A stretch of DNA of 28,119 nt from an uncultured Pseudomonadota bacterium (lineage in GTDB: Bacteria; SAR324; NAC60-12), in NCBI GenBank assembly GCA_913020725.1, contig CAJWCD010000033.1:1-28119 (forward strand). Reading direction: 5' to 3'. This document shows positions 25,287 through 28,119 of the stretch, piece after piece. The first letter of the stretch is position 1; each line of letters opens with the position of its first letter. The notes under the pieces are model-generated. The model had not been told where the DNA came from. It searched no databases and saw only the letters and a program-made list of their open reading frames with translations. The position numbers were made by a program, and so were the translations under genes.

Positions 25287-27101
25287 ATGGAACGCATCAT
25301 CGGTATTGACCTTGGCACCACTAACAGCTTGGCGGCAACGGTGATTGAAGACGGTCCGGAAGTGGTGGCTCCGTCTGGAGAAAACCCCATCACCCCTTCG
25401 GTGCTCACCCGCAGCTCCGGAAACTGGATCGTGGGAGAAGCTGCCGTTGCACAACGCTTGACGGCTCCGGAGCAGACCGTTTATTCCGTCAAGCGACTGA
25501 TGGGGCGCGATGTTGAGGAACTGGCGGAAGAAATCAAGGAGTTGCCGTATGCCGTGATTCCAGCGCAGCGCAAGCTCGTGAAGGTCCGCATCGGCACTGA
25601 GGAATTCACGCCCCAAGAACTCTCAGCGGAGATTCTCCGGGAGGTGAAGCGTCGGGCGGAAACCGCACTGGATGAGACAGTCTCAAAAGCTGTGATCACC
25701 GTTCCTGCCTACTTCGACGATGCCCAGCGCCAAGCCACCCGCGATGCCGCGAAACTCGCCGGATTGGAAGTGGTACGCATTCTCAACGAGCCGACCGCCG
25801 CCGCCATCGCCTACGGATTGGACGAGCGCAAGGACGGGTATGTGGCTGTGTACGATCTTGGTGGCGGCACCTTTGACCTCTCGCTGCTCAAGCTTTCCGG
25901 AAAGCTCTTCAAGGTCATTGCCACGCATGGCGACACACGGCTGGGCGGGGATGACTTCGACCGCGAGTTGATGACTCTGCTCCGCGAACGGCTGCTGGCC
26001 GAACATCCGGAAGTTACATTTGAGCGTGCAGAAACCCAGCAGCGTCTGCGGAAAACGGCGGAGGAGATCAAGATTCGGCTCAGTGGCTCTCCAGAAACCG
26101 CATACACCCTTGAACTTCCAGAATGTGGAATCATGCCGCAGGGCTTGGTGACGCAAGCGGAGTTTGAGGAACGCATTGCTCCTTTGATTGAGCGGACGCT
26201 GGCAAGCTGCCGGAAGGCACTCCGCGCTGCCGGATTGACCGCAGAGCAGATGGATGAGGTTGTCTTGGTGGGTGGCTCCACCGTGGTTCCGGGAGTCCGC
26301 AAAGCAGTGGAGCGCTTTTTCGGACGTAAGCCGCATGTTGCCATTGATCCGTACAAGGTGGTGGCCATCGGAGCCGGGATTCAGGGACACCTGCTCGCCG
26401 GGGGCCGACGCGATTTTCTGTTGCTGGACGTCATCCCGCTTGCGTTGGGGATTGAGACGCTAGGCGGTACCTTCAGCAAGCTGATCACCGCGAACACGAC
26501 AATTCCGGCAGAGGTGGCCGAAATGTTCACCACCAACGTGGACAACCAAACCGCCATTGACGTCAACATCTATCAGGGCGAGCGCGAACTCGTGGAGGAT
26601 TGCCGCAACCTCGGACGTTTCAAGCTCCGGGGCATCCCGCCAATGCCAGCGGGATTACCGCTGGTGGAAGTCACGTTCCGCGTTGATGCGAACGGCCTGC
26701 TCATCGTTTCCGCCAAGGAGCAGCGCAGCGGCACCGTAGCCGAAATCGAGGTGATCCCCTCGCACGGACTCACCCAGTCCGAAATCGACCACATCCTAGA
26801 GGAGTCCTTTGACCACGCGATCAGCGATTTCAACACCCGTCAGCTCATCGAATTTGGGCAGACGGCCGCACGCATGTTCCGGGGGATCGAGCAGTGCTGG
26901 ACTGTTGCCGAAGCAACGCTGTCCACGGAGGAGCGTCAGGAACTCCGGACTCAAATGGACGTGGTTCGCAGTTCGATGCAGGGAGGTGACGCCGCAGCTC
27001 TCAAGCGGCAGATTGACGCACTAGGGGAACTCACGCGCCCACTCGCGGACACGGCAATGGGTCGAGCAGTGCTAGAGGAATTGCAAATATCGGCGGGGTG
27101 A
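25287..27101 (+). CDS. hscA: Hsp70-family chaperone HscA
   Basis: [55 protein letters not shown]; follows hscB. Start ATG 25287 or TTG 25281. Confidence 0.9.
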   Translation: MERIIGIDLGTTNSLAATVIEDGPEVVAPSGENPITPSVLTRSSGNWIVGEAAVAQRLTAPEQTVYSVKRLMGRDVEELAEEIKELPYAVIPAQRKLVKVRIGTEEFTPQELSAEILREVKRRAETALDETVSKAVITVPAYFDDAQRQATRDAAKLAGLEVVRILNEPTAAAIAYGLDERKDGYVAVYDLGGGTFDLSLLKLSGKLFKVIATHGDTRLGGDDFDRELMTLLRERLLAEHPEVTFERAETQQRLRKTAEEIKIRLSGSPETAYTLELPECGIMPQGLVTQAEFEERIAPLIERTLASCRKALRAAGLTAEQMDEVVLVGGSTVVPGVRKAVERFFGRKPHVAIDPYKVVAIGAGIQGHLLAGGRRDFLLLDVIPLALGIETLGGTFSKLITANTTIPAEVAEMFTTNVDNQTAIDVNIYQGERELVEDCRNLGRFKLRGIPPMPAGLPLVEVTFRVDANGLLIVSAKEQRSGTVAEIEVIPSHGLTQSEIDHILEESFDHAISDFNTRQLIEFGQTAARMFRGIEQCWTVAEATLSTEERQELRTQMDVVRSSMQGGDAAALKRQIDALGELTRPLADTAMGRAVLEELQISAG

Positions 27102-27110
27102 TCGGGGGGC

Positions 27111-27193
27111 AGAAATAGAAAACCTCAGCCGAAGTCGTCAGGGGGCTGACCGACTTCAACCGGGGTTGAAGACAACCGTCAGACGGTCGTCTT
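27111..27193 (-). terminator. Double hairpin between convergent hscA and the phasin-like gene
   Basis: Hairpin 27121-27167 (core GAAGTCG-TCAG/CTGA-c-CGACTTC, outer AACC/GGTT) is followed on the minus strand by TTTCTATTTCT; second hairpin AAGAC-a-ACCGTC-a-GACGGT-c-GTCTT (27169-27193). Confidence 0.65.
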
Positions 27194-27482
27194 AGGCAGC
27201 GGGAGAGACCACTTCAGCGGCGTTCATCCACTCGTTGGATTGCTTCCGCATTTCCTGCCAAGTCTTGCGGATTTGCGTGTACGACTCGTCCAGAGCGTTC
27301 AACTGCATCGGCTTCAGACTCAGGGCCGCTTCCGTTGTAGGCAGCTTCTCGATAGCACTGTAGGTGTTTTCCAGCATTTGCTTCTGGAACTTCTCCGCTT
27401 CACCAAGTCCTTTTTCCCACTGTTCGCACCAGTCATTGTACGCTTTTATGACCGGGGTCAGCATCGTCGTTTTCTTAACCAT
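27192..27482 (-). CDS. Small amphipathic helical protein, phasin-like
   Basis: 96 aa, SD AGGAG, all-helical Q/E/K-rich with periodic W/M/L; own AT-rich upstream region and terminator. The phasin label is an inference. Confidence 0.7.
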   Translation of the reverse strand: MVKKTTMLTPVIKAYNDWCEQWEKGLGEAEKFQKQMLENTYSAIEKLPTTEAALSLKPMQLNALDESYTQIRKTWQEMRKQSNEWMNAAEVVSPAA

Positions 27483-27613
27483 CTGATATCTCCTGCTTAT
27501 TTGATTGGGGTTGAGGTGACCACTAAAGAAACGTCAGTTTAGCACTAAAAACAAAAAAAGAAAGTATAATTGTAATTTTTATGTAAAAAAGCTAAAAGAC
27601 ACCTAAATGTGGA

Positions 27614-28119
27614 TCACTCCCTCAAGTTCTTGGGGCTGGAAAGCAGTTGGCCCGCCGCGCCGTAGCAGAGGAAGTGGTCGAGATGGACCGAAACCGCGTC
27701 GTCCGGAGCGCAGGCAGTTTGTGGAGGCGTGGTGGCACACACGACTTCTCCGGATTCCAGTTGGACTTCGACGGATTGAGACGCCCCCCGGAATTCCACC
27801 TGACGGACAACTCCCCGAACCCCTCCTGAATTGGCAGCTTGGAGCCGCAAGTTCTCAGGACGCACCAAGAGCGTGGCCGTCGGCTCTCCCACTTCCGGGG
27901 GCACGGTCACGACACCGAGCGAGCCGTGGAGCTTGCCTTGAGCCCAGCGCACAGGTAGCTGGTTGGCTTCACCCACAAAGGTTGCGGCCCAGAGCGAACT
28001 TGGCTGCTGATAGACCTCTTTCGGAGTTCCGGACTGCACCAGTGTTCCCCGATTCATCAGCACCATCTGGTCCGAAAAGGTGATGGCCTCGCTCTGGTCG
28101 TGCGTGACGAGGATCGTGG
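27614..28119 (-). CDS. ABC transporter ATP-binding subunit (PotA/FbpC type, TOBE domain), 3' part
   Basis: The frame runs in from the window edge: TILVTHDQSEAITFSDQMVLMNRG.LVQ.GTP.EVY..P....AATFVG..N, VRPENL, C-terminal TOBE-like strands. Confidence 0.9.
   Translation of the reverse strand, partial: TILVTHDQSEAITFSDQMVLMNRGTLVQSGTPKEVYQQPSSLWAATFVGEANQLPVRWAQGKLHGSLGVVTVPPEVGEPTATLLVRPENLRLQAANSGGVRGVVRQVEFRGASQSVEVQLESGEVVCATTPPQTACAPDDAVSVHLDHFLCYGAAGQLLSSPKNLRE

Overview
Bacterial chromosomal window of about 57-59% GC (estimated by eye). The lineage cannot be fixed from the sequence; a SAR324/deltaproteobacteria-like genome is only a guess. It holds mostly housekeeping and catabolic genes: a partial MarR regulator with an anthraniloyl/salicylyl-CoA monooxygenase-reductase, a DUF3293 protein, glcDEF and a glycerate 2-kinase, tdk, asd, a C4 zinc-ribbon protein, an HSL esterase, an ornithine-cyclodeaminase-family enzyme, tmk, DUF971, ribH, a GT4 glycosyltransferase, a reduced ISC operon (Rrf2-iscS-iscU-hscB-hscA), a phasin-like ORF and a partial ABC ATPase. 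Most notable observations: (1) a 6-TM voltage-gated Na+/Ca2+ channel (filter TFEDWTD) fused to two tandem TerB-like cytoplasmic domains; (2) the palindrome TCCGGA iterated about 74 times (hand count, roughly 8x expectation) in all reading frames, like a HIP1-type highly iterated palindrome; (3) a DUF4160/DUF2442 toxin-antitoxin-like pair embedded in the glc operon, with an in-frame TAG in the DUF4160 gene (absent from the ORF track); (4) a decayed MNT-HEPN remnant; (5) a C/G-rich hairpin repeat lying in-frame inside glcD and glcE; (6) tandem Rrf2 operator boxes overlapping the isc promoter.
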